Of a stretch of DNA of 64,000 nucleotides, positions 1-15,100 are shown piece by piece. The DNA lies in assembly GCA_965202585.1 (NCBI GenBank), contig OZ241826.1:15314001-15378000 (forward strand), read 5' to 3'. Source of the stretch: Thalia democratica (taxonomy: Eukaryota). The first letter of the stretch is position 1. Each line of letters opens with the position of its first letter. The notes beneath the pieces are model-generated. The model ran no database searches, was not told the DNA's origin, and saw only the letters and a program-made list of their open reading frames with translations. Made by a program: the position numbers and the translations under genes.

Positions 1-737
1 TGCACGCTGTACAAGTTGTGACGTCATAATGCGTGTTGTTTGACGTACAAGCAGTAGCACGTCAGGTTGCACGCTACGGAATACGTGTGGTTTGGAGAAA
101 ATAAAAAAAAAAGTTGCACCTTTTAAACTGCATATTGCACCTTACACGCTAATTCAGCCAGAAATTTTGAAAAAAGTTGAAAAATGCAGCTGAACTATTT
201 GTGGAGCGTGTAACTTGGAGAAAATTGAAAATTTGCTACTTTTTACGTGTAGTTTTGGGAAAATTGATTTAACCGACGCGTTCTCAAGGTGCAGCGACGC
301 GACTTGCAACTTCAAAATGTGGTCATAATGTAGTCAAATATGACGTCATAATGTGTGATCACGATTCGCTTCCGCTGCACCCGAGCGCCGGCGTTTAGAT
401 TAAAAAAATTAGGCAAGTAATTAGTTTGCTCGTTGTTTAGTATAAATGCATCTATAGCTTTGAAATAAGAGCCTGTTAATTTTTCTACAGCCAAAAATAT
501 GTCATAATTAGTTTAATAAAGTTTTAGTTTTAAATAAAGTTTTTTGTGTATAATTATAATAACTGCTTACAAGTGCATTTATTTAGTTTTAGTGCAAAAT
601 TAGTTCTAACAGCCTGCTCATAAAATTGTTTTCAAACTTTTAATTATATGCAACAAAATTATTTGAATTCGACGCAGCCTGCAGTAACTACGTCGTTCAA
701 ACTTTATACTCTATTATTATTTTCTAATTCAGCTTAC

Positions 738-3145
738 GTGCTTCTGTTGTGGTATCTACAGATGGCAGTGATGTGGTTGTCGGCGCAACACCTTCCGTGG
801 CTTCTTCAGTTTCTGAGGTTGTCTGATCGGATCCTGTGGTTGAGCTTGGTCCAGGTCCTGACGGCGTGGTCGTCTCAGATTTCTGTGTGGTTGAAGTCAC
901 GACGCTTCCCTGTGTCGTTTCAACTGAAACTGGCGCACCTGCTGTAGATGTTTCAGATGTCATTCCTGGTGTAGTTGTTTCCACTGATGTAGCTGTTGTT
1001 GGCGAATGTACAGGAGTTGACTCAACTAGCATGCACCTTGCGCAACACTCTCCGTCCATCTGTTTTAATTTTTGATTGAAATTGTTATTTACATAAGGAT
1101 TGTTAGGTTAAACAATCAAAAATCTAAAAGGTTAAAGTATGTTAGTTGTAAAGGTTTTCTAGTTTAGCATGTTATTTTAAACTCCCAAAAGTTTACTTTA
1201 AGTAAATTAAATTAATAAACAACAGACTCTAAGTTATCATATTCTGTTTAAATCAAATACCTTGACGGCTTTTTCATTGATGAGACAAGCTGGTGTCTTG
1301 CACTCTTTCATGTGGCATTCTGTTTTGTTGCTCATGCACATGCAGGTACCGCATCCGTCAGCTGATTCCCATATGTCTCCGTTCTGTGTAAATAATAAAG
1401 TATGTGTAATTACTTTTAACAAGTAAACTTTTAAAAAAGCTCTAGAACTTAAAAAAGTTGAATCAGTTACAATACTATATTTTAGACTTTACTTTATTTT
1501 GATTGAACTACTTATGCTTGTAAAACTAGAAGTTTACGTGCTATAAAGAAACATGTATTGTAACAATTATGAGTATAGCAGTTTTTAGATAAAATAAACA
1601 ACAAAACAAACATTGTACACTTGGTCCATGTAAACGCACGGACAGTCCTCCTCAGCCACGCAGTTGTGACCATCGTACATGGTACCGTGGGGACACGTGC
1701 ACCCCTGGTTACAGCCTTCCGTGGTTGCCACGCAACCGTCCCTCAAGTGGGGGCACATGTTTGTGCACGAGTTGGCGCAATCGTCGTATGACATCGGTGC
1801 ATCACATACACTGTGTTTGAAATACTATTGTTGAAATTTTTTGTTTTTTAATCCAATTAATTTGGGTTGATTAAGTTAGTATTCAACTGTGCATTGCAAA
1901 AATTGTATTTTGATTAGAATTTGTCAGAAATCTTTAACTTTTGAACTTTGAACATTTTAACATTGTTTTTTACTTTTAAAAAGAAAGCAATAACTAAAAA
2001 AAAACAACTAACAACTTTTATATAAGTAAACACAAAAACATTAAGTGGTTGTAGAACAGTCTGTTTTAAACTAAAGTAAACTTATACTGCAAAGCAGTTA
2101 GTTAAAGTTTCAACATTATTACGGTTACAACAGTTACCTAACAAACGTTTAACTATTTTAAACTTTTAACTTCAAGAAAAAATAAAGTTAATAATACCTG
2201 GTAGTAGTGGTTGTCTTGACAGTAGTAGCAACCTGGGCAGTTGTGCCTTGTGGAACGCAGCTGCAACAACCAGTCTCTGATTCAACTACCTTCGTTTCAC
2301 TTTCATCGCAATCACATGAAGTCTGTGAAAATATTCGGTAAATGATTATTTTTAGAAGAATTTAAAGTATTTAAGTTTAAAGCATTGTTTTCAAAGCCTT
2401 TATGTAAAAATGTTGAAAGTTGTAGTTCATTTGTAGCAATTTAAATAATTAAATCTTGACTTGTTATTGTATTATACACAAGTTATAAGTATTTTGGACA
2501 AGGTTGAAGACTTTATTTTCTAAAATGAATAATACTTAAAATTTAAATTTGAACAACTAACCTTGCAAACTTGTTGTGTGGTGCCACTGATAACACCAGT
2601 AGTAAACACATTAGCAGCAGTAGTTGAAATAAATACAGGTGAACTTGTTGTAGTGACAATCATATTCTTTGTTGTTTCGTCTGATGCTATATATATTGTT
2701 AATTGTTAAAGTTTTGTAAAAAAATAAGGCAAGTTATTTTTGGTCTAAAGTTAGACTTTCAGATTTCGATAAGCTTTGGCTTAATGAAAGTGTTAAAAAA
2801 AGTTTTTAATAATAACCTTCAGTTCTAAACTTATATGCTTTTATTACTTAATGTTGATTTTTGCTAAACATAACAAAGTTTAATTATGCATAAGCACTTT
2901 CTTTTTATTACTTTTCATTTAAAACCAAACAACTAACTTGGCACAGTGACAACAGTGGTGGTCTGTTCAGGGTCGAAGGACGGGGCAGTCGTGGTCTCGA
3001 CGACCTGTTTGGTGGTGGTGGTTTGCACGGGTAGCTTGGTTGTGGTGTCCATGACAATTTTGGACGTCGTGGTAACCACGTTGGTCGTTTTCGGCTTGGT
3101 TTCGACCACGGTGGTTATTTCAACTGCTCCACTGGATGTTTCGGT
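738..3145 (-). CDS. Distal PTS linkers with TIL and VWC modules; gene continues past the window edge
   Basis: [40 protein letters not shown]; [30 protein letters not shown]. The last exon seen ends in a phase-1 gtaagc donor at 737. Confidence 0.88.
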
Positions 3146-6100
3146 CTGATAGTGAAATTAATTAAATTTGATTAAATACTTTTTTGATTTGAAATTATTC
3201 TTTAATATGCTGTATGTAGTTTTTAAAAACCATAAAAGTTTAAAAAACAATAAAATAAAAAAATATTTAGACTATGTATGTGTTACTATTATTGAAACGA
3301 TATAATTTTTATTTTTATTTACCACCATACCAAACTTGAGTATTTTCTCATACTACAGAATCACATTTATCTACCTGCTAGATTTGTTTAAGCTTTTGTC
3401 TGTACAACTTTTGTAATCTTGTTTTTTACAAACCTCAGTTGTTGATGGAGTGGTACCCATTGTTGGGGCGGTCGTCTCATCAACGACTGCTGGTTTGCTG
3501 GTCGTCTTGGCAACGCTTCCGGTCGTTTCCGTGGTCACCACCTTGGTGGTCGTCACTACGACGCGTTGCTCGTAGCAACCGGTGACGTCAACTCTTAACG
3601 ATGGAATGACGTCATCGCTCGATGACATCACTGGGTAGACACGGATAGCAGTGACGTCATTGAGTGGTGTTGGGAACTCGATGACTGAAATCTGACTGGC
3701 ATCAGTGCTGGCTTGGAAGACCTGATAATTTAGATTGTTATGAGGGGTAAAACATCTTTTAAGCTAAGTTATGAGGGGTAAAGCTATATATTGCGGTATT
3801 TAGTTAATCAATTCAGTTTAAGCTTTTGTAGACTTTTCTAAGTAAAAAATACAAGTTTTACTGTAAAAGTTGATATGAGATATTTATACTTTTAACAACT
3901 TAATTAGGGATAAACCTACTCTGTTGTATTAATTTGTCTTAATTTGTATAAAAGTAAATCAGAAAACTATTCAGCAAGTATCGAAACAATCATATGTAAT
4001 TTTAAGACTTGTTTAGTTAAATAATAAAACTAACAGTTGAGTCGTGAGCATCAACAGCTTCAACCCAATTATCACCATTCAAATATTCGATCTTCACAAA
4101 AGAAGTCCAAGATTCAACATTCACACCTCCCTGCACCAAAACTTGCACCACGGTAACCCCCTGGTCGAACTCAACCTGCAGGTATCCTTCCGAATCCCCT
4201 GACGACGGTTGCCATGCGTCGTTGACAACGGAGCTTCTGTCGCTAGTGTCGACCGTTTTGGACATTGATGCCAGCTTGGAGTTGCTCGAAGCCGTGTAGG
4301 TGCTTTCAGGAACCGGAATTCCCCTGTACTGCGTCAGCATCATGACCTCATCGGCACAAGTCTTGACCGTGGCGGCGGTGGTCGTCATCAGCGGCGATTC
4401 GGTGGATTTCGTGGCCAATGTGGTCGTTTCAACAACTTTGGTGGTTTCCACCGTTGTCATTGGGTTTTCAGTTTCCGGTTCAGTGGGTTCTGTAGTCGTC
4501 TTGGTTTCGGTGGTTTCCACGACTTTCACGGGGCCCGTGGTTGCTACGGTGGCCGGGGTGGTTTCTACGACTACAACCTCGGTGGTGGTGGTTCCGCTAG
4601 ACGGCGTTGTTTCCGTGGAAACCGATTTCGTAGTGGTGACAATGACCGGTCCGTTTGGTGTCGTCACTACCTCCTCTGTGGTTGCTATGACGTCACCCTC
4701 TGTTGTCATGACGTCAGAGGGTTTCGAGGTGACGACGGCCGACGATGTGGTGGTTTCCGTTTCTCCCGTCTGCCGGGTGGTCGTCTCGTGACTGACCACT
4801 TCGCCCTGACTCGTCGTGGAGATTATGGTCGTTTCGGTGTAAGTTGGGGATTTTTTGGTCGTCGTCACGATTTTGACTGGTTTGCCGGTTGTGACATCTG
4901 ATGGTTTTGTAGTTTCAGATACTGATGGTGACGATGTAGTTTCAACTTCAGACTTTTCAGTAACTTCTGGTGCTGTAATAAATACAAATTTTTTTAATTG
5001 TGATGTTTTGATATCAATTTTTACAAATTTAGCTTTTCAAGTAATTATTTTAAAAGAAAATTTTAATTGGAAAAATAAATAAGTATTAAAAATTATTATC
5101 AGAGAAAAATTAGCTATTTTAAAATAGATTAACAATGGTAATACGGGTTTTTTATTAATTCTGCATATACAGTTTCTTTATTTTACCATAACCATGAATA
5201 TTTAACTTTAATTTATTTTATTAGTTTCTAGCTAACTTTCTGTTGTTGGTACGGTAGTCATGACAGACTTAACAGTAGTTTCATGTGTTGGTACTTCACT
5301 AGTAGTTTCAACAACTGTTGTTTTCTCATATGATTGAGTTGTTACTGGTGATTCAGTGCTTTCAACAACTGGTGATGGTGTAGTTTCAACTGATGTTTCA
5401 GTTGATGTAACTTTCTCATACATTGTTGTTGTGGTAACTTGACCTTCAGGAGATGTTGTTTCTACTTCAACTGGTTTGTAAGTTGTAGTTTCAACAGTCT
5501 TGCTGGTTGTAGTTGGTTCAGAAGTTTCAGTTGATTCACCAGTTGTGAATGTTTCTAAAAATAATATGTATTCTTGAAAATCTATTTACTTTCAGAGATG
5601 ATTTAATGTACAAAGCATCATTTAGCTTAAAAACTTATTTAAAACTTTAGCTTACTAGAGTTTTAAACAAAAACTAACAAAAAAATTGAAAATGAAGTAT
5701 TACCAAAAAATTTATTTTACAGTTTATGTTTTAAAAGAACATTTATATATATATATATATCCTTAAAGGTTTTAGTTTATAATTTTTTTAACCTTTAACT
5801 GTAGTTTGTACAACGACAACAGGCTCAGTTGTTGGTTCATCATTTGAAGATGTAGATGTAGGAGTTGATGTTACGACCTCCGTTGTTGTCTTTTCTACAG
5901 TTGTTGGCTCCAAAGCTGGTAAATTAAGCAATTATGAGTTCATGTGTTCGAAAATATAACATTTTAATATTACGTCGTCCAATAATTATCGCTTGTTAAA
6001 CAAAGATGAGCATATTTTTTGTACCGATAATAAACTTATTATTGTTTTGAGTTTTTTAAAATTTATTTTGTTCCGTGTGTAGTTAAAAATAAACTTTATT

Positions 6101-9100
6101 ATACATTTAGAAGCTGTTATCTAAAAATTGTGTTGTTTATTGGACAGTAAAAGAAAGTACGCGCAAAAAGTTTGGTCTAAAAATTTGGCTTAAAACTTAA
6201 CTAAGAATAAAAGACTTTTACTTTATAGACTAAGCATCATGCAGTTAGTTGAAAAAAAAACTAAAATGAATAAGAAAACAAATTCAAAAAATTTACAAAC
6301 ATAGCTTATTATTTGACTTTTAAGTGTGTATGATATCTTTCTTATGTTTTATCAGCTACTGTAATTTTTAAAACTGTTTATGTTACTTAGTCTATTAAGT
6401 ATACTATTTAACTTTGTATTAAATCTTCCAGACAATAGATGCAAGGTTTTAATTCAAGTATCTTTGAAGCAGCAAAACATATTTTCAAAAAGCCATTTAA
6501 GTCCTTAGTTTGAAATTTGAAACTGATGACAAAAATTAAATGCCTAGTAACAAAACAAAACTCTTGAATCAGCATCATAGCTGTACTATGAACAAAAATA
6601 TTGATAAAACTTAAATTAAACTGTACATTCTGTCTTTTAAATTTATATAAGTACTTAAAAATGGAAACAAATTAGTAAACAACACATTGGTGAGTGAGTT
6701 AAAATTAATTTTATCTGCATGTTTTTTTATTATAGATAAACATTTATGGTGTTTCTTTAAAATTGGTCTACAAGCTTTTATATACTTTGTTATCACTAAA
6801 TCTCCTTAAATATAATTTAATGTTTAAATACAAAAACATAGAAAAAGTTAAAATGCTATGTATTTGTATTGTACAAAGATATTTTTAAAGTTTTTTGTAA
6901 AACTATTCAGGTTTTTAACAAAAGTAATTATGGTCTTTGGTTTTGTCTACCATAAGTTTGGAATTGATAGTTTAAAATGTAGTTTTTCTTTAATTGTATT
7001 TTTTGCAATAAGTAGTTGTAATGACCATTTTAATATATTATATTTAAGTTCTTCACTTAAAGATACTATAGATTTTAGGTGTAAGTAAAAATTCAAGGTA
7101 AGAAAATAGTTAAAGTTATGAAAGTGTAAATTAAGCATATTTAATAAAGAATTAAGTTAAAAAATTAAATAGTTATACATTATAATAAAACTAGATTTCA
7201 CCTTTTTCTGTGGTTGTGTCTACAATTGGCTTTGTTGTTTTAACAATAACTTGCTTAGTTGTTTCAACTTCATATGGTGTTGTGGCTTCAGCTTTAGTTG
7301 TTAATAAAACAACTTCACCTTATAAAAGTTTAAAAAATTAAAGTATTAGTTATGTTGTTAAAAATAATATATATATATATATTTATGTTTTAAATGATTT
7401 TTTTTTCTAACACAATAAATAATATTTTAAAATCAGTGTATAATTGTAGTTTTAATAAAAAAGCAGAAGGAGAATAACTTTTATTAAGAAGAATTAATAA
7501 AATATTTGATGTTATATATTTAAGTGCTTATATTAAAAAAAGTGTTTACCTTCTGTTGTTGTAATTTTAGATGTTGATGTTGAAATTTCTGTTGTTACTT
7601 CATTGTATTTAGGTGTTGTCACTTCAGCTTCAGTAGTAGTTGATACAATTACTGGGCTTGTTGTGTTTTCTGAAACCACAGCTGGTTTAGTTGTGGTGAT
7701 AATTTCAGTAGTAGTCTTGATCTCAGTTGTTGTTTCAATGGCCTTGTAGCAACCCAACAATGCAATCTTGATTGCTGGCTCATCACCAGTCCATTCAACT
7801 GGATGTACTCTGATTGAAGTGACCAAAACTGGTTGTTTGTCAGTGAAGTAAATGCTAGACATCTGACTGTCATCTACATTAGCAGTGAAAGTGTCATCAT
7901 CATTTTCAGATGAAATTGATGTGAATTCTTCACTTGGCTCATCAGAAGAAGTGTCAAGTTTGTAGTCAACCTTGACTTTGCTGACAAATTTACCAGTGTC
8001 TTGTCCTGCACCCTTGACAGTCAATCCAAATATGTAGACTGGCTGCTCAAACTCAATTTGAACCCAAGCATCATTGTCAGATGCAATATCTTCAGTAGAT
8101 GGTGACCATGGTTTGTTAGCAATATCTTCAGGCTGGTTGCTTGATGCAGATATAGTTGGAAGTGAACTGATCTGTGAACCATAAACATTGTCAATATCCA
8201 TTGGAAGCTCACATAGTTTGTCTTCAGTAAATTCAGTTGTAGTTTCAACAGCAGGTTTTGGTGTAGTGACAGTTGATGTGTGTACAATATGCGCTGTAGT
8301 AACTGCTTCAGTTGTGGTCTTTGCTTGACTTGTCACAATTTCTGTTTATTTTTTAAATTGGTTAGTTTATTTTTGTAGATATATAAGTAATATGATTTAA
8401 ACAATTATAAATAAAAAATGTTTGTTGTTTACCTTTTTCAGTAGTTGTTTGTTCCTTCTGTGTAGTTTGTTCAATAACATTGTTAACAGTGGTTTCATGT
8501 GTTGGTACTTCACTAGTAGTTTCAACAACAGTTGTTTTCTCATATGATTGAGTTGTTACTGGTGATTCAGTGCTTTCAACAGCTGGTGATGGTGTAGTTT
8601 CAACAGATGTTTCAGTTGATGTAACTTTCTCATACATTGTTGTTGTGGTAGGTACTCCTTCAGGAGTTGTTGTTTCTACTTCAACTGGTTTGTAAGTTGT
8701 AGTTTCAACAGTCTTGCTGGTTGTAGTTGGTTCAGAAGCTTCAGTAGATTCACCAGTTGTAAATGTTTCTAAAAAATTATGACATATTAGATTCTTATCT
8801 AGATAAAAACTTTCTGCAAAACTTACCTTTTACTGTAGTTTGTACAACAACAACTGGTTTAGTTGTAGATTCTGCAGCAGAAGTTGATGAAACTGGTTTT
8901 GTTGTAACAACTTCTGTGGTTGTTTTCTCAGTGACAACAGCTGGTTCTGATATAAAATTTTTAAACATTAATATAGATATTTTAGAAAATTAGTTCTTAA
9001 ATTTTTTTTGATTAAGTGACCATTTTAAGTTTTAGTTTTAAGAAAAGAACAAGCAGAAAATTATGTAGGTAAAAATAGTTTTGTTTCTTACCAGTATTAG

Positions 9101-12100
9101 CGTCAGTGGCAATTGGTTTTGATGTCGTTTCAACAACAACTGTTGTGCTTTCAACTTCATAAACAGTTGTAGTGTCAACTGGTTCACTTGTAGATGTAGT
9201 TACTTCTACTGGTGCTTCAGTAGTTGTTTCTTTAGTAGCCATAGTTGACACAACTGTAGTTACTTCTTCTTGATTTGATGTAGTTGATACAACAGGACTT
9301 GTTGTTGTACCTTCTTCAACAACTGGTTTAGTTGTGGTGACAATTTCAGTTGTAGTTTTGATCTCAGTTGTTGTTTCAATGGTCTTGTAGCAACCCAACA
9401 ATGCAATCTTGATTGCTGGCTCATCACCAGTCCATTCAACTAGGTGTACTCTGATTGAAGTCACCAAAACTGGTTGTTTGTCAGTGAAGTAAATGCTAGA
9501 CATCTGACTATCATCTACGTTAGCAGTGAAAGTGTCATCATCATTTTCAGATGAAACTGGTGTGAATACTTCACTTGGCTCATCAGAAGAAGTGTCAAGT
9601 TTGTAGTCAACCTTGACTTGGCTGACAAATTTACCAGTGTCTTGTCCTGCACCCTTGACAGTCAATCCAAATATGTAGACTGGCTGCTCAAACTCAATTT
9701 GAACCCAAGCATCATTGTCAGATGCAAGATCTTCAACAGATGGTGACCATGGTTTGTTAGCAATGTCTTCAGGCTGGTTGCTTGATGCAGATATAGTTGG
9801 AAGTGAACTGATTTGTGAACCATAAACATTGTCAACATCCATTGGAAGCTCACAAAGTTTGTCTTCAGTAGACTCAGTTGTAGTTTCAACAGCAGGTTTT
9901 GGTGTAGTGACAGTTGATGTATGTACAACTTCAGATGTTGTTGAAACAGCTTTTGTTGTTTTCAATGTAGTTTGTAGAACATTCTCTAAATTACAAAAAT
10001 AAATTTTTTAAAGCTCTTGTAAATACTTGAACTTCTTATTCTTTGATTTAAATATTTTAGGAGATATCATAATTTAAGTCATCGCTGTTTAAGGCCAGAA
10101 AGGTATCACTTCGATTTTTACTAATGAATTTTGTTTTGTTGAGCTTTATTTTAGCTTTCAAAAATTCAGATATTAAAAAACACTTAAAGTTTTTTCAAAG
10201 GTGTAAGCAGTCAAAGTTGGCCAGTTCAAGTTTCTAAAACATGGGAAATAATCAAAAAGGCAAATTAAACTTCTTAACTAAACATTTATTTATTTTTTCT
10301 TTTTTTATTCAATTACATAAACACTCTATTGAATTTATAATAAATATTTAAATAATTAACCTAAATGACCTTTCATAAATTAAGAGTGTTTCTAAAAATT
10401 AAGGTTTCTCGCTAAAAAAGATAAAGTAACTAGATCATTAGTGAACTTTTGTATATCTATAAAAAGTGATGTTCTTAAGTTTGAATTTGGAATTATTTAC
10501 AAAAATGCCTATTATCAAAAATTAAAAAAAATATTTTATTTTATGAAAATTATTAATTGGTTCAAACAGTAAGCCTTACTAAAGAAACAATGTTAATTTT
10601 ACAAAAATTACTTTAACCCTCTATTGACCTTAGATCAGAGTACTAACACCTGAGGTTAACATTTAGCAACCATTAAAAAATTAATCATTTCCAAGATTTT
10701 TAAATCATAGTTTAAGTGTTAAAACAATACTTAAAAATATTGTAAGCATAAGTGTTATTTGTTCAAACCTTCTCCAGTAGTTGTTTGTTGTTTCTGTGTA
10801 GTTTGTTCAACAACATTGTTAACAGTAGTTTCATGTGTTGGCACTTCACTAGTAGTTTCAACAACAGTTGTTTTCTCATATGATTGAGTTGTTACCGGTG
10901 ATTCAGTGCTTTCAACAGCTGGTGATGGTGTAGTTTCAACAGATGTTTCAGTTGATGTAACTTTCTCATACAATGTTGTTGTTGTAACTTGGCCTTCAGG
11001 AGTTGTTGTTTCTACTTCAACTGGTTTGTAAGTTGTAGTTTCTACAGTCTTGCTGGTTGTAGTTGGTTCAGAAGCTTCAGTAGATTCACCAGTAGTGAAT
11101 GTTTCTAAAAAATGTTTATCTCATGTTGTGGTACAATATATTTCTTAAGAGATTAACCTTTTCAATGAATATGTATAAAACAAACCTTTTACTGTAGTTT
11201 GTACAACGACAACTGGGTTAGTTGTAGATTCTGTAGCAGAAGTTGATGAAACTGGTTTAGTTGTTACAACTTCTGTTGTTGTTTTCTCAGTGACAATAGC
11301 TGGTTCTGTTGAATATTTAGTTCTAAAATATTATATTTGTTTTGAATAAATTTCCCTCAAAATTTAAGGTTTTCAAATTAAATATTTTCAGTTCTTTTGA
11401 GTAAAGTTATCTAAAAAGATTGTGTATATTAATGTAATAATATTTGAAAATATAATACCCTATCTTCAATTCAAACCTGTTGTTTCATCAGCAGAAGGTG
11501 TTTTGGATGTTGTTTCAACAACAACTGTTGTGCTTTCAACCTCATAAACTGTTGTAGTGTCAACTGGTTCACTTGCAGATGTAGTTATTTCCACTGGTGC
11601 TTCAGTAGTTGTTTCTTTAGTAGCCATAGTTGACACAACTGTAGTTACTTCTTGTACACTTGCACTAGTTGTTGATTCAACAGTTGAAGTTGGTGCTGTT
11701 GTACTTTCTTCAACAATAACTGGTTCAGTTGTGGTGACTATTTCAGTTGTAGTCTTGATCTCAATTGTTGTTTCAATGGCCTTGTAGCAACCCAACAATG
11801 CAATCTTGATTGCTGGCTCATCACCAGTCCATTCAACTGGGTGTACTCTGATTGAAGTCACCAAAACTGGCTGTTTGTCAGTGAAGTAAATGCTAGACAT
11901 CTGACTGTCATCAACGTTAGCAGTGAAAGTGTCATCATCATTTTCAGATGAAACTGGTGTGAACTCTTCACTTGGCTCATCAGAAGAAGTGGCAAGTTTG
12001 TAATCAACCTTGACTTTGCTGACAAATTTACCAGTGTCTTGTCCTGCACCCTTGACAGTCAATCCAAATATGTAGACTGGCTGCTCAAACTCAATTTGAA

Positions 12101-15100
12101 CCCAAGCATCATTGTCAGATGCAAGATCTTCAACAGATGGTGACCATGGTTTGTTAGCAATGTCTTCAGGCTGGTTGCTTGATGCAGATATAGTTGGAAG
12201 TGAACTGATTTGTGAACCATAAACGTTGTCAACATCCATTGGAAGCTCACAAAGTTTGTCTTCAATAGACTCAGTTGTAATTTTAATAGCAGGTTTTGGC
12301 GTTGTAAATGTTGAAGAGTGTACAACTTCAGATGTTGTAGATGCAACAGTAGTTTTCTTTGTTGAACTTGTTGCAATGGTTTCTGCATATTTGTATACAT
12401 TTGTTAGAAACTAAAAAAACATACTGAAACAAAATAGAAAATCTACTATTTTAGATATTACAAGCAACAACTTTTTTAAAAATGAAAGCGTTAGACATAA
12501 TTTGGATATGGTGGTAACTTAAGTAACTATTTTATTAACAAATCATGTTTAAAAAGACAAAGTAAACAATATATGTTTTTGTTTTTTTTAATTTTTATTT
12601 TAAAAGTTATAAATAGAAAGGTTATTTTTCACTAAGAATTTAAATAAATAAATCTCATGTTTTATATTTTTTTGCAACTCAGTACGCTTATAACATTTTA
12701 AATGATAATTAGCATAAAATATAATTATAACATTTATAGTTTCGATTATTTTTATTCATACTAAGCTTGAAATATAGAAAGTGTGTGATGTTAGATTTTC
12801 AAGTTATTTTTTATTGAGTGTTATAGTTTTTTGTAAGTATAAATTTTATATTCATATGACAGAGTGTAGTTACCGAAGTTTTGGAAGTTATTGTATCAAA
12901 GAAAAAAAATCTTTATATTTAAATAATAATAACAAGTAAGATAATTCTTATTTATTAAAACCTTCTTCAGTAGTTGTATGTTGTTTCTGTGTAGTTCGCT
13001 CAACAACATTGTTAACAGTAGTTTCATGTGTTGGTACTTCACTAGTAGTTTCAACAACAGTTGTTTTCTCATATGATTGAGTTGTTACTGGTGATTTAGT
13101 GCTTTCAACAACTGGTGAAGGTGTAGTTTCAACAGATGTTTCAGTTGATGTAACTTTCTTGTACATTGTTGTTGTGGTAACTTGACCTTCAGGAGATGTT
13201 GTTTCTACTTCAACTGGTTTGTAAGTTGTAGTTTCAACAGTCTTGCTGGTTGTAGTTGGTTCAGAAGCTTCAGTAGATTCACCAGTTGTGAATGTTTCTA
13301 AAAATCATGACTTATTAGATTCTTATATAAATGAAAACTTTCTGCAAAACTTACCTTTTACTGTAGTTTGAACAACAACAACTGGTTTAGTTGTAGATTC
13401 TGTAGCAGAAGTTGATGAAACTGGTTTTGTTGTTACAACTTCTGTTGTTGTTTTCTCAGTGACAACAGCTGGTTTTGTAAGTTTATTTTCATATGATTTG
13501 TATATATGCTTATATATTTTATTTTAAAAGATTGATAATGTGACTGTTTGAAATTTTAGTTACAAGAAATCAATAAGTAAAAGAATATGTAGATAAAAAA
13601 ATATTGTTTCTTACCTGTATTGGCTTCTTTAGCAACTGGTTTTGACGTTGTTTCAACAACAACTGTTGTGCTTTCAACTTCATAAACAGTTGTAGTGTCA
13701 ACTGGTTCACTTGTAGATGTTGTTACTTCTACTGGTGCTTCAGTAGTTGTTTCTTTAGTAGCCATAGTTGACACAACTGTAGTTACTTCTTTTTGACTTG
13801 ATGTAGTTGATACAGCAACAGGGCTTGTAGTTGTACCTTCTTCAACAGCTGGTTCAGTTGTTGTAACAATTTCAGTTGTAGTCTTGATCTCAGTTGTTGT
13901 TTCAATGGTCTTGTAGCAACCCAACAATGCAATCTTGATTGCTGGCTCATCACCAGTCCATTCAACTGGATGTACTCTGATTGAAGTGACCAAAACTGGC
14001 TGTTTGTCAGTGAAGTAAATGCTAGACATCTGACTGTCATCTACATTAGCAGTGAAAGTGTCATCATCATTTTCAGATGAAACTGGTGTGAATTCTTCAC
14101 TTGGCTCATCAGAAGAAGTGTCAAGTTTGTAGTCAATCTTGACTTTGTTGACAAATTTACCAGTGTCTTGTCCTGCACCCTTGACAGTCAATCCAAATAT
14201 GTAGACTGGCTGCTCAAACTCAATTTGAACCCAAGCATCATTGTCAGATGCAAGATCTTCAATAGATGGTGACCATGGTTTGTTAGCAATATCTTCAGGC
14301 TGGTTGCTTGATGCAGATATAGTTGGAAGTGAACTGATTTGTGTACCATAAACATTGTCAACATCCATTGGAAGCTCACAAAGTTTGTCTTCAGTAGATT
14401 CAGTTGTAGTTTCAACAGCAGGTTTTGGTGAAGTAACTGTAGATGTGTGTACTACTTCAGATGTTGTTGACACAGCTGTGGTTGTTGTTTTCAAAGTTGT
14501 TGGTAGAACATTTTCTGTAGATTACAATGAAAATTTCCATTAAGAAGTATTGTTGAACTTGAAATGTATTTTATTTATTTGTGTTTGCTTCATAATACTT
14601 CAACACTGTACTATCTATTTATCACTCAAAACAATTAAATTATTGAAGAAGGAGTTTACAGGTTTTGTATAAGTAAGCCGTTTTAAGTCCATAAATTCTT
14701 AGAAATTTTATAAAACTTTAAGCTAATGAGAAATTAGTTAACTATTTGTTTATAGGATGAACAGTATTTAGGTAGATTGTTAATTTTAGATTAGAATCAG
14801 GCATCTTTTGATAATTTGACAAATATAAGGTGGGTGAAAAAAACATAAATGTCTTTCACACAAAGATGCTTTTGTACAGATCTTTCATTTAAAAAAAAAC
14901 CATTTTCAACTCTGCTTATTTGAGTTAAGCATTATATTAGATCACATAGTATGAATAAGCAGAATTGATTTCATTTAATTACTGAAAGATCTTTTGCTGC
15001 ACATTTTTTTGTAAAGAGTTGAGACAGTTGTTTTTTTTACAAATTATTTATTATTGTTATCTATAAGTTTAGCAATTACCGTCTCCAGTAGTTGTTTGTT

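Noticed and set aside
1-400. CpG-rich patch with short inverted motifs (TGCACGCT / AGCGTGTA)
   Set aside because: May be a repeat remnant, but no termini, TSD or exon frame could be established and it is cut by the window edge.
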